Assembly: GCF_000022265.1 (NCBI RefSeq)
Contig: NC_011979.1
Span: 2,970,001 to 3,002,000 of the forward strand
Reading direction: 5' to 3'
Length of the DNA: 32,000 bases
Source of the DNA: Geotalea daltonii FRC-32
GTDB lineage: Bacteria > Desulfobacterota > Desulfuromonadia > Geobacterales > Geobacteraceae
How positions within the stretch are numbered: the stretch's first letter is position 1; each line of letters opens with the position of its first letter. This document shows positions 8,756-17,449 of the stretch, in pieces. The notes beneath the pieces were generated by a model. That model did not search any database. It saw nothing but the letters and a program-made list of their open reading frames with translations, and had not been told where the DNA came from. Position numbers and translations under genes: made by a program.

Positions 8756-9736
8756 ATGAAAGTTTTTCTGTCACATGCTTCATCCGAAAAAAAGATGGCG
8801 AAGACTTTGCGGAGAAAGTTAGAGGTTGCCGGGCACGAGGTATCAACTTCAGATTCAATGGAGCAAGGAGATGACATTACCTCAGCCATTGGTAAGTTGA
8901 TTGAGCGTGCGGAAGCCTTCGTCATTATTGTTTCCCCTAAAGGTCTCGGTAATGAACGGCTGATGTGGGAGTGGAGAACGGTACTGGAAAATTCGTGGAA
9001 GGAGCAGGGGAGACCAATCTTCGGGGTCCTCGTGGGTAATGTGGTTCCGCCACCGTTCCTAATGGGGAGGCAGCTTGTAACGATTTCCTCCCTGGATGAT
9101 ATCGATACTGCCGCTGAACAACTTCTGGGGCGCCTTCAAGGAAATCCGATTGACGAAATGGTCGTTGAAGATCTTAAGGCGAGAGGCAGGGAGATCATTT
9201 CTCATTTATCGAGCGAGATCCAAAAATTCGAGCCAAGCCCGGAACAACTAGAAAAGCAGCGGAAACGGCTTCAAGAAAAGATTCATGAACTTTCGGCTGC
9301 ACCGGCCAGTGGGGACCTCGCACGGCTGAACCTGAAGCTGGTCAATGTGATCAAGACATTGGCCGAGAAAGGGCTGCAGGTAGATGGTGCAATTCCGTTA
9401 ATGACTAAGTCGCTTGAAATAATGGAACAGCTTCAGAATACTTCCCCGGAGCAACGGGCTGCGCTACGGACGAGGATTGCGCGGGAAATGGAAAAGGCAG
9501 GTGATTTCCAAGGTGCGCTTGAGCAAGCGTGTCGAGCGCTGCAGGTTTGTGTAGAAGAACTTGATAAGAAAGGCCCTGCTGATACGGAGTGTGACGATAA
9601 CGTTCCGGCCCTGGGATCCCTTCTTGAGCGGATCAAGGAGACTGTCGGGGAGGAAAATGTCCGTGCGGGCCGTTCCCTTGTCTCTTCATTAATTAGCAGA
9701 GCAGCAGACGGCAAAAGCAGGGGGGGGCAACAATGA
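8756..9736 (+). CDS. TIR-domain protein with long helical (coiled-coil/TPR-like) C-terminal region
   Basis: The N-terminus reads MKVFLSHASSEKKMAKTLRRKLEVAGHEV...AEAFVIIVSPKGLGNERLMWEWRTVLE. This matches the TIR pattern (beta-A FLSH, then W-E in the alpha-C position). An RBS (CAGGAG) lies upstream. The stop overlaps the next start (ATGA). Confidence 0.75.
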   Translation: MKVFLSHASSEKKMAKTLRRKLEVAGHEVSTSDSMEQGDDITSAIGKLIERAEAFVIIVSPKGLGNERLMWEWRTVLENSWKEQGRPIFGVLVGNVVPPPFLMGRQLVTISSLDDIDTAAEQLLGRLQGNPIDEMVVEDLKARGREIISHLSSEIQKFEPSPEQLEKQRKRLQEKIHELSAAPASGDLARLNLKLVNVIKTLAEKGLQVDGAIPLMTKSLEIMEQLQNTSPEQRAALRTRIAREMEKAGDFQGALEQACRALQVCVEELDKKGPADTECDDNVPALGSLLERIKETVGEENVRAGRSLVSSLISRAADGKSRGGQQ

Positions 9737-10365
9737 GTTACAAATTCCCTCATCCTGAGCTTCCCAATCCCGACAGTGAGAAATCGATTTTTATCAATTG
9801 TCCCTACGACTCCGAATATGAGCCCTTTTTCGATGCCATCATCTTTTCGGTAGTTGCATCTGGCTTCATCCCGCGAAGCGCCAAGGAATCCGAAATGATT
9901 GCTGTCAGTCGAATTGAAAGAATTCTGCATGCTTTATACACGTCCAAGTATTCCATCCACGACTTATCGAAATGTCGGTATGAAGGAAACCAAATGCTGG
10001 CTCGTTTCAACATGCCGTTGGAACTGGGTCTGGCGATGTCTCGGAGATATCCGGGGGATGGGAAGATCCTGCATAACTGGTTGGTTCTCGTTCCCACTGA
10101 CGCCCCTTACAGCAAATTCGTCTCCGATCTGTCCGGTTTCGATCTGAAGCAGTATCCTGGAAATGAAACTGAATTGATGAGAGCTCTGTTGGCCTGGTTG
10201 ATGGTCCTTCCTGGAGCCCTACCCAGGATCTGCCCAACCCCCGTCATAGAGAATTTTTTGGATTTCAAAGTCCAGAAGAAAAAACTCAAGGAGGAGTGGG
10301 GTGATGATGTACCGTGGAAATTGCTTGTCGAAGCTGCAAAGGCAACGATTCCTGACTTTGCGTAA
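9733..10365 (+). CDS. Nucleoside 2-deoxyribosyltransferase-like / TIR-like (flavodoxin-fold) domain protein
   Basis: KSIFINCPYDSEYEPFF...YTSKYSIHDLS...ARFNMPLELGLAMS follows the beta1 / alpha / (D/N)xxxELGxA layout of NDT and COG4271-type TIR-like domains. The assignment is motif-level only. Confidence 0.5.
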   Translation: MSYKFPHPELPNPDSEKSIFINCPYDSEYEPFFDAIIFSVVASGFIPRSAKESEMIAVSRIERILHALYTSKYSIHDLSKCRYEGNQMLARFNMPLELGLAMSRRYPGDGKILHNWLVLVPTDAPYSKFVSDLSGFDLKQYPGNETELMRALLAWLMVLPGALPRICPTPVIENFLDFKVQKKKLKEEWGDDVPWKLLVEAAKATIPDFA

Positions 10366-10390
10366 ACCTTAATCCAGAGGAGGAGCTAAA

Positions 10391-11278
10391 ATGTCACAAC
10401 AAGTGCACGTAACATTTATTCACGGCCTTGCCAACAAACCTGCACCAAAAGAGCTTGAGCGGATATGGCTGAATGCCCTTTCTGCCCCTGTGGTTGGTGA
10501 TCCAGGTTTTGATCTTGGAGCTGTCGGCGTAACTGCTTCCTTTGTATATTGGGCTGACCTTTTCTATGACAAGCCAATAGCCGCATCGGATTATGAAGCT
10601 GCAGCCAACCGCGCGGAGGAGCTTGATGCAGCAGTGAAACAGGATGTTAAACCGGGATGGGAAGCGAGCCTTATGCTGAAGTTGGCTGATGGAAATCAAG
10701 CGCTCAAGGATGCCCCGGTCGACGAAAGTACGGATGGATATGAACGGATACCGATCCCTTGGTTCATCAAAGAGCGTATGATGGAGCATTTCGTTCGGGA
10801 GGCCCACGACTATCTGTTCAACACGAACGGTATTAGAGACATCATCCGTCGTCGTGTTTTGGATGATTTTGCAAAGGTAGCGCCAGGGACACGCCATGTG
10901 TTGGTCGGGCATAGCCAGGGGACCTTCATAGGGTATGACGTCCTAACTGACGTGATGGATTGCAAGGAAATCGAAGGCTTCATGACCCTCGGAAGCCCGC
11001 TGGGGCTTGATGAAGTACAGGACAAACTTAACTGGTCCTGCAAAAACGGCTTTCCGTCAAAGTTGAAGGGGGACTGGGTGAACGTTTATGATCCGTTTGA
11101 TGTGATCTCTCGACCCGATCCGGCGCTGGCCAATGACTTCAAAAAGAATGGTACAGAAGCTGTGATCGATGTTAAGGAAGAGAATTGGGGCACGTGGCGC
11201 CACTCGGCAACGAAATACTTCAAGGGACCTAAGCTTCGCGCGCAGTTACGTCGGCTGTGCAAACGGGAGGGTGCCTGA
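10391..11278 (+). CDS. Alpha/beta-fold serine hydrolase (lipase/esterase-like)
   Basis: An RBS (GGAGGAG) lies upstream. The protein has HVTFIHGLANKP, the nucleophile elbow VGHSQGT, then TLGSPLG, plus candidate Asp (YDPFD) and His (WRHS) in the S-D-H order. Confidence 0.75.
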   Translation: MSQQVHVTFIHGLANKPAPKELERIWLNALSAPVVGDPGFDLGAVGVTASFVYWADLFYDKPIAASDYEAAANRAEELDAAVKQDVKPGWEASLMLKLADGNQALKDAPVDESTDGYERIPIPWFIKERMMEHFVREAHDYLFNTNGIRDIIRRRVLDDFAKVAPGTRHVLVGHSQGTFIGYDVLTDVMDCKEIEGFMTLGSPLGLDEVQDKLNWSCKNGFPSKLKGDWVNVYDPFDVISRPDPALANDFKKNGTEAVIDVKEENWGTWRHSATKYFKGPKLRAQLRRLCKREGA

Positions 11279-12795
11279 TGGAGCCGGCGTGTTTCCTGAA
11301 AGAGCTTAGGACTGCGGTAGATGAATTCAGGCACACTGATGTTGGTACTCTTCTTGATCAGGTGAACCTAGACGACTTCGACGGTGGACAAATTAAAAAG
11401 ACGCTTACGATCCTTCGTCGCAAGCGGTTGTTCCCCGAGTTGGAGGCAACAACCAAGAAGCTCATTGCCTGCGGGAAAGAAACTCCTCTGGTTCGACGCC
11501 TGCAGGTTCAAGCTCTTATTGACCAGAACATGATCGAGGAGTCTTTAGGTATATTGCAGGCTCTCCCGACGGAGCACCGTAACGATCCTCGTGAGGGACC
11601 TGAGCTCTGCGGTTTATCTGGTCGGGCATTCAAGCAGCTTTATGTGAATGGCGCGGGACGGGACAATTTGGGGAAAGCGATCCGTGAGTATAAGTCCTGT
11701 TGGACTAATCGTATGGGTGACTATCGCTGGCATGGTATCAATCTTGTTGCCCTCTTGGCACGAGCAGAACTGGATGGGATTGACATACCGGGGGGACCGA
11801 ATAGAGAATTGATTGCCAGAGAAATTCTCGGAGAAATCGACGATCTTGGGCAGAATGCTACCATCTGGGACCATGCTACTGCCATGGAAGCCTCCGTCGC
11901 GTTACTGGACACTGATGGGGCTCTCAGATGGGCAAAGGATTACGTTCGACACCCATGTGTCGACGCCTTTGAATTGGGAAGCACACTCCGGCAGATGAAG
12001 GAGGTTTGGAGGCTTTCAGGTACGGAACTCGGCAATAAACTCCTCCCTGTACTCGAATATGAATTTCTTCAGAGACAGGGCGCAGAGTTACAGGTAACAT
12101 CTCTGGCTGTAGCGGACATCGGCGGGTTTCAGGCGGTCTATGGAAATGAAGCTGCCGTACCGATAGCATGGCTGGACAACATGTTTGAGAGATGCAAGGC
12201 GGTGGGACGGGTCATTCGAACCGGAACCGGTGAGGCGATCGGGAGCGGCTTTCTTGTAAGAGGATCTGAACTGTGTCTGGGTTGGGGAGATGCGCCGGTC
12301 TTTGTTACAAATGCGCATGTGGTCAGCGACCGATCAGAAGACAATGCGCCGCTTCGATCGGGGGATGGATCGGTTGAATTTACCCGTATCTATGGGCGAC
12401 CGAGGGTAGAACTCGGAAATATCCTCCATACCTCTGCCAAAGACGAGCTAGACGTAACAGTGTTGCAGGTTAATCCTCCTTTGGGCACCTCAGTACTCAG
12501 CCCATCGTTTTATCCGCCGGTGGTTCCTGGCGAGGGACAGGCACCGCAGCGTATATACGTTATTGGACATCCTGGAGGACGGGAACTTGAAGTTACCCTC
12601 TACGACAATAGCCTAGTAGCCTGTTCTGACAACCGTTTCGTGCACTACCGCAGCCCGACAGAAGGAGGGCACTCAGGATCTCCTGTTTTTACGAGGGAAT
12701 GGAAAGCTATCGCTGTTCATCATCGGAATAGACAGGAGTTACAGGTAAACGAAGGCGTGTTATTTGGGCCAATCTGTGATGTTCTGAAGATTTAG
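11278..12795 (+). CDS. Helical TPR-like (DUF4071/TRAF-binding-domain-like) N-terminal domain fused to a trypsin-like (S1) serine protease
   Basis: The start ATG shares one nt with the preceding TGA. The C-terminal triad reads in order FVTNAHVV (His), DELDVTVLQ (Asp) and TEGGHSGSPVF (Ser). The N-terminal motifs GLSGRAFKQLY...DYRWHGINLVALLA resemble DUF4071, an assignment made from memory. Confidence 0.8.
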   Translation: MEPACFLKELRTAVDEFRHTDVGTLLDQVNLDDFDGGQIKKTLTILRRKRLFPELEATTKKLIACGKETPLVRRLQVQALIDQNMIEESLGILQALPTEHRNDPREGPELCGLSGRAFKQLYVNGAGRDNLGKAIREYKSCWTNRMGDYRWHGINLVALLARAELDGIDIPGGPNRELIAREILGEIDDLGQNATIWDHATAMEASVALLDTDGALRWAKDYVRHPCVDAFELGSTLRQMKEVWRLSGTELGNKLLPVLEYEFLQRQGAELQVTSLAVADIGGFQAVYGNEAAVPIAWLDNMFERCKAVGRVIRTGTGEAIGSGFLVRGSELCLGWGDAPVFVTNAHVVSDRSEDNAPLRSGDGSVEFTRIYGRPRVELGNILHTSAKDELDVTVLQVNPPLGTSVLSPSFYPPVVPGEGQAPQRIYVIGHPGGRELEVTLYDNSLVACSDNRFVHYRSPTEGGHSGSPVFTREWKAIAVHHRNRQELQVNEGVLFGPICDVLKI

Positions 12796-12862
12796 TTTTC
12801 TGATATTGCACCGTCTAACAATCCCAGAATAGGATTTGCATTGTTACAAGGAGATGTCATTT

Positions 12863-13384
12863 ATGGGACTGCCAAGAACGTTCGTAGGATTCAGCAGCAC
12901 TGATATCAATTATTACCGGCTGATGCAAGCGTGGAAGGCACATGAGCATATCGATTTTGATTTCGCCGATTGCCAACTTAATTCAGAAATCAATTCAGAG
13001 GATGAGACTTACATAAAGCGAAAATGCCGGGAGCGCATCAATCTGGCGGGCAAATACGCGATGCTCATTGGCGAGGATACGCGCTATAAGTATAAATATG
13101 TCAAGTGGGAGGCTGAAGTTGCAATCGAAAAGGGCTGCACGATTATCGGGGTGAACCTTGATGGGTGGAGGCGAATCAATGAAGAAACCTGTCCTCCTAT
13201 TCTAAGAAACAGAGGGGTAATGTTTGTTCCCTTTTCGCCGAAGATTGTTGCACATGCTCTTGACCATGCGCAGCTTCATGATGATAAGAATTGGGAATTC
13301 AAGGACAATGTCTATACACAGTTAGGATATGTACTCGACGGAAACCGCGCTGAGCTGCCACCCAGGCCATTTCCATTTCGGTAA
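12863..13384 (+). CDS. ThsB-like TIR domain protein (DUF1863-type)
   Basis: The start is chosen 9 nt after AAGGAG. Motifs: TFVGFSSTDINYYRLM...YKYVKWEAEVAIEKGCTIIGVNL. The ORF opens at 12836. Confidence 0.7.
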   Translation: MGLPRTFVGFSSTDINYYRLMQAWKAHEHIDFDFADCQLNSEINSEDETYIKRKCRERINLAGKYAMLIGEDTRYKYKYVKWEAEVAIEKGCTIIGVNLDGWRRINEETCPPILRNRGVMFVPFSPKIVAHALDHAQLHDDKNWEFKDNVYTQLGYVLDGNRAELPPRPFPFR

Positions 13385-13463
13385 TCTGTCATTCCGACTT
13401 GTTAAACGAGAGTGAATGGTGGAACTGTAAAGTTTACTTGATAATAAATTACGGGAGCGGCTA

Positions 13464-14075
13464 ATGGCCTTATTTCGTGAGTCAACAGTAAGAGATTATG
13501 CCCAAAGAGCTTTGTCTGCTGACAGAATCCGGCGAAATGCATATTCTCTGAGGAAATCAGAAGCCCTGATTTTGGAGTCCATAACTGCGGCTGTGTATGC
13601 GGATCATTTTGACATGTTCCTGTCGCATACTATTCGAGATGCTGAGATAATTTTGGGGATGAAGGAGCTATTTGCGGAAATGGGTTACAAAGTTTACATC
13701 GACTGGATAGATGATCCGCAATTAGACAGGAGAAGTGTCAATAGAAATACTGCTGATAAAATCAGATCGAGAATGCAGCAATGCAACTCCCTGTTTTTCG
13801 TAACAACGCAGAGTTCACTTGATTCGAAATGGATGCCGTGGGAATGCGGATACTTTGACGGTATCAAAAGCAAGGTTGCAATTGTTCCAGTTGTTCAATA
13901 CTCAAGCGATGAAAAATATCGCGGTCAAGAGTATCTCGGGCTGTATCCTTACTGTGAGAAATCACCAAGTAAGGGCGGTAAAGAGTTATTGTACGTGTTT
14001 GAAGATGCTAAGAAGTACCTTCCATATGATGAATGGGTTAAGCAGTCAGAGCCAATAAAATGGTATGAAATTTAA
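13464..14075 (+). CDS. TIR domain protein with about 45-aa N-terminal extension
   Basis: FDMFLSHTIRDAE (beta-A/BB region) and SLDSKWMPWECGYFDG (alpha-C W..E motif). A GGGAG RBS lies upstream. Confidence 0.7.
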   Translation: MALFRESTVRDYAQRALSADRIRRNAYSLRKSEALILESITAAVYADHFDMFLSHTIRDAEIILGMKELFAEMGYKVYIDWIDDPQLDRRSVNRNTADKIRSRMQQCNSLFFVTTQSSLDSKWMPWECGYFDGIKSKVAIVPVVQYSSDEKYRGQEYLGLYPYCEKSPSKGGKELLYVFEDAKKYLPYDEWVKQSEPIKWYEI

Positions 14076-14167
14076 GTGGGACCGATTACGCAAACCAGAT
14101 TGAACAGGCGAGCTTGATCAGAATTACATTAAAAAAGTACGTAACTAAGGAATTAACAGAGAGGAAA

Positions 14168-15331
14168 ATGCGCATAGCTGGCGGTTTCTACAGAGAAAAT
14201 TGTTGCTTGCCTGCCTGGAATGCAGCATTTGGTTCCGGTGGTCGGGCTGCTGCAGCTATATCTAGGCTTTCTCCGGGGACTGTTCTTCATACATATTGTG
14301 AAGAGTCGGAAGACGTGCATATTCATGCGCTTAAGAAGCTTGGCGTGGATGTTCGCGTGAATTCGCGACCTACAAGTATTGTCTTCGCGTATTTTCATCC
14401 GCTGTCTCGACCCCACATTCAACCACCACCAGACATGCTCACCCTGCAACATATAATTACTATCAGCGATGAAGCCGTGTTGCGTTTTGGGTTTTTGGAG
14501 GGTGATGCAATAGTTGATGCAGATCGAGCCGTTTATGACCCCCAGACGTGGCGGAATCCGGCACCATTCAGGGCAAATGGCTCCCGTGCGAACGAGTTGG
14601 CTATTGTTCTTAACGAGCTGGAACTCAAATCCGCGACCGGCTATCAAGCTGAGCTCTCTCTGGCGGCACATCAATTAATTGAAGATCAGCAGGCAGAGCT
14701 TGTTGTTGTGAAGCGCGGAATCTGGGGTGCAACGGTTTACGAGCGGTCGGGGATAGTCACATTAATTCCCGCATATAGATCATCGCGAGTGTTTAAGATC
14801 GGTACAGGTGACGTGTTTAGCGCAATTTTCGCCCACTACTGGGCAGAGAAAAGACTGTCTGCCGCGGAGGCTGCCGATTTAGCGTCTCGGGCTGTTGCAC
14901 AATACTGCAACAGCGGCCAGTTACCAATTGATCCTGCCGAATTGGGTCAGTTTGCACCCATTCACTGCGGAACGGCAGGGACGGTTCTACTTTTGGGGGT
15001 GGCTGGTAGTCTTGGCCAGCGATACACAATGGAAGAAGCCCGTTTTGTCTTGAAAGGACTCGGCGTGGAGGTTTGCTGTCCTGTTCTGGATGGTGAATTG
15101 AGCTATTCAGCCTGTGCCGCGCTCATTCTTGCAGAGGGTGCAGATGCGGAGATTATCAGGAGCATTGAAAGCGAACCATTGCCAGGTTTACCCATGGTTG
15201 TATTGCAGGAAAAAGGTGTGCGATGTGATGAACTATTGAAAGTCCCTGCTTTAGAGAAAGCTTCAATTGTCGATGATTTTACAACGGCGATGTATACGGT
15301 GACATGGGCCGCATTAGAAACTGATAGCTGA
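14168..15331 (+). CDS. PfkB/ribokinase-family sugar or nucleoside kinase with an extra C-terminal domain of about 100 aa
   Basis: GSGGRAAAAISRL (PfkB N-terminal Gly motif) and FKIGTGDVFSAIFAHYW (the GxGD catalytic-base motif). The ATG at 14168 follows GAGAGGAAA. The ORF opens at a TTG at 14114. Residues after about 290 (TVLLLGVAGSLGQ...) have no counterpart in minimal ribokinases. Confidence 0.7.
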   Translation: MRIAGGFYRENCCLPAWNAAFGSGGRAAAAISRLSPGTVLHTYCEESEDVHIHALKKLGVDVRVNSRPTSIVFAYFHPLSRPHIQPPPDMLTLQHIITISDEAVLRFGFLEGDAIVDADRAVYDPQTWRNPAPFRANGSRANELAIVLNELELKSATGYQAELSLAAHQLIEDQQAELVVVKRGIWGATVYERSGIVTLIPAYRSSRVFKIGTGDVFSAIFAHYWAEKRLSAAEAADLASRAVAQYCNSGQLPIDPAELGQFAPIHCGTAGTVLLLGVAGSLGQRYTMEEARFVLKGLGVEVCCPVLDGELSYSACAALILAEGADAEIIRSIESEPLPGLPMVVLQEKGVRCDELLKVPALEKASIVDDFTTAMYTVTWAALETDS

Positions 15332-15344
15332 GGAAATCACACAG

Positions 15345-16748
15345 ATGGCAGACATATATATTGTGTATGCTAAAGAGAACAAAAAAATAGCAATAATGCT
15401 ATTTGAACTGTTGTCTCAGCAATGGGATGTCTGGATAGACAAAAAAATAGTCGGTTCCTTTCGTCAGGCAATAGAAAAGGAATTACCAGGCTCTGGATGT
15501 GTTGTCGCAGTAAACTCCATGGCAGCACGCGTGAAGGCTACCTATGCTGCAGAGTTGCAGATTGCAGAAAACTACAAAGTTCCCATGATACCTGTAAGAC
15601 TTGATGATTCTGATCTTCCTTACCCATTCGGCGAAAACAGTCATGTTGACATGCAAGACTGGACAGGCGAGGCTGATCACAGCGGAATTATGGAATTAAA
15701 GTGTAAATTGGCATCTGTTGTACCGCCTAGGGTACCTCCTCAACGTCCCAATGCGATAGCTGGCGGAAAAATTCCTTTACCCAATTTATTCATGTCAGTT
15801 TCTTCATTTGAAACACAAATATCACCTGCCGGAGCAGTCAGCGTACTACGGACATTTGAATCAAAAACTATTTTAGTTTCAGCCTATGATTTGGTGCCAA
15901 GATATAAGAAAGACCCTCAAGGCATTATAGATGAGTTGAAAGAGTATCAAGATAATGGCGGTTTTATATTGCTGGACTCTGGAAGCTATGAACAGACACG
16001 TTTTTCAAAAGGAAATTGGCAAAAACAAAAATTATGGAATGTGCTTCACAAAGTGCCGCATGATTGGGCTTTCTGCTTTGACATATTGAAACCGAAACAC
16101 AAGCCAGAAATGGCAATTAGCGAAATAATCGAGGCTGTAGAAAGAGAAAAAGAGTATACCAAGAGCGCTGTACTGCCCATTGTCCATGCTCCAAAATTAA
16201 AATATGGCGGTTACAAGCTAACACATTTCCCTAAGATAATCTGTGAAATTTCAGAAAAACTTCAACCGCCGTTGATAGCAGTACCTGAACGAGAATTAGG
16301 GGAGGGAATCGTTGCCAGGGCAATGGCCATACAGAGCATTAGAAAAGAACTCGATAAATTGCCATTCTACCAACCCCTCCATATTCTAGGAACAGGCAAT
16401 CCATGGAGCATACCTGTTTTTGTTGCTGCAGGCGCTGACTCATTTGATGGCCTTGAGTGGTGCAGAATGGTGGTAGATCGTGATGTGCATCGACTTCACC
16501 ATTTTCAGCATTTTGATTATTTCGTTTGCCAAAAGGGGAAAGCTGAATCACAGATTGTAAAGACAGCTCTTGATGGTAATGATTTTCAAGCAAAAGTTGT
16601 TTTCCATAACCTTGATTATTACTCTTCATTCATGGTTGAAATGAGACAATATTTAGCTGAAAATGATCTTCAGTCATTTATGGTTGGAATAATGGGGAGC
16701 CAGGCAGTAAAGCAATTAAAACAAGAAATTAAAGGGTTGTTTAGATGA
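15345..16748 (+). CDS. Fusion protein: N-terminal TIR domain + C-terminal tRNA-guanine-transglycosylase-fold (TGT/DpdA/Cap10-like) domain
   Basis: TIR part: DIYIVYAKENKKIAIMLFELL...ATYAAELQIAENYKVPMIPV. TGT part: GFILLDSGSYEQ (compare TGT LTDSGG[FY]Q) and LHILGTGNPWSIPVFVAAGADSFDGLEW (compare YLMGVGxP...GxDMFDC). I could not find the CxCxxC...H zinc motif. The gene lies 13 nt after the PfkB stop. Confidence 0.75.
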   Translation: MADIYIVYAKENKKIAIMLFELLSQQWDVWIDKKIVGSFRQAIEKELPGSGCVVAVNSMAARVKATYAAELQIAENYKVPMIPVRLDDSDLPYPFGENSHVDMQDWTGEADHSGIMELKCKLASVVPPRVPPQRPNAIAGGKIPLPNLFMSVSSFETQISPAGAVSVLRTFESKTILVSAYDLVPRYKKDPQGIIDELKEYQDNGGFILLDSGSYEQTRFSKGNWQKQKLWNVLHKVPHDWAFCFDILKPKHKPEMAISEIIEAVEREKEYTKSAVLPIVHAPKLKYGGYKLTHFPKIICEISEKLQPPLIAVPERELGEGIVARAMAIQSIRKELDKLPFYQPLHILGTGNPWSIPVFVAAGADSFDGLEWCRMVVDRDVHRLHHFQHFDYFVCQKGKAESQIVKTALDGNDFQAKVVFHNLDYYSSFMVEMRQYLAENDLQSFMVGIMGSQAVKQLKQEIKGLFR

Positions 16749-17449
16749 ATACTTCTAGCAATAGATTGAAAAATGCCGTTGCTGCTATCTGTCCTGACAT
16801 CCGTGATCGCGTAAGTAAAGCTGTAATTCCTACAGATGAGAAACGCCTCTGGTGGGAGTTATCTTCATGCATCCTGAGCAGCCAAGTCCCATATCCCCTT
16901 TCTACTGCTGCTGCGAATGCAATCAACAATGATGGCATTTTACATGACAAGTGCGTAAGTGCTACGAAACGAGCCAAGCGTTTGGAGGAGCTTTTGATCA
17001 CTCCCGTAGAGGTTGATGGCAAACAACGAGCATATCGCTTTCCTGTTGCACGAGCGCGTCAGTTGGCTGCTGCACATAGTGTGGTGATGGATAGTAAATG
17101 CACACTTCGTGAGCTCGTTAAGAGTTTCGCAACTGCCACTGAAGCCAGATGTTGGTTTGTGAAGCATGTGCCGGGTATCGGTCCGAAGCAGGCAAGCATG
17201 TTCCTGAGAAATGCCGGGGTTAGTTATGATCTGGCAATTCTGGATCGGCATGTGCTGAATTATATGACGAAGCTCGGAATGTATTCCGGTGATAACTATT
17301 CGATCTCCAGCCTTGCACAATATCGCCGCCATGAGGTTGAGCTGAAAAAACATGCTGAAGAGTTGGATTGTCAGGTCGGATTTCTTGATTGGGCTATTTG
17401 GATTGTGATGCGTGTTGCCAATCGTGTCCCGGAGGTTGCCACTGTATGA
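16745..17449 (+). CDS. HhH-GPD DNA glycosylase, Ogg2 (archaeal-type 8-oxoguanine glycosylase)-like
   Basis: VPGIGPKQASMFLRNAGVSYDLAILDRHVLNYM carries the helix-hairpin-helix GIGxK plus the downstream Asp typical of Ogg2 enzymes. ATGA overlaps occur at both ends. Confidence 0.75.
   Translation: MNTSSNRLKNAVAAICPDIRDRVSKAVIPTDEKRLWWELSSCILSSQVPYPLSTAAANAINNDGILHDKCVSATKRAKRLEELLITPVEVDGKQRAYRFPVARARQLAAAHSVVMDSKCTLRELVKSFATATEARCWFVKHVPGIGPKQASMFLRNAGVSYDLAILDRHVLNYMTKLGMYSGDNYSISSLAQYRRHEVELKKHAEELDCQVGFLDWAIWIVMRVANRVPEVATV

Noticed and set aside
13427-13437. Short palindrome GTAAA-G-TTTAC between two TIR genes, resembling the TGTAAA/TTTACA half-sites elsewhere
   Set aside because: It has only 5-bp arms in AT-rich DNA, so it is expected by chance and is not enough to call a site.
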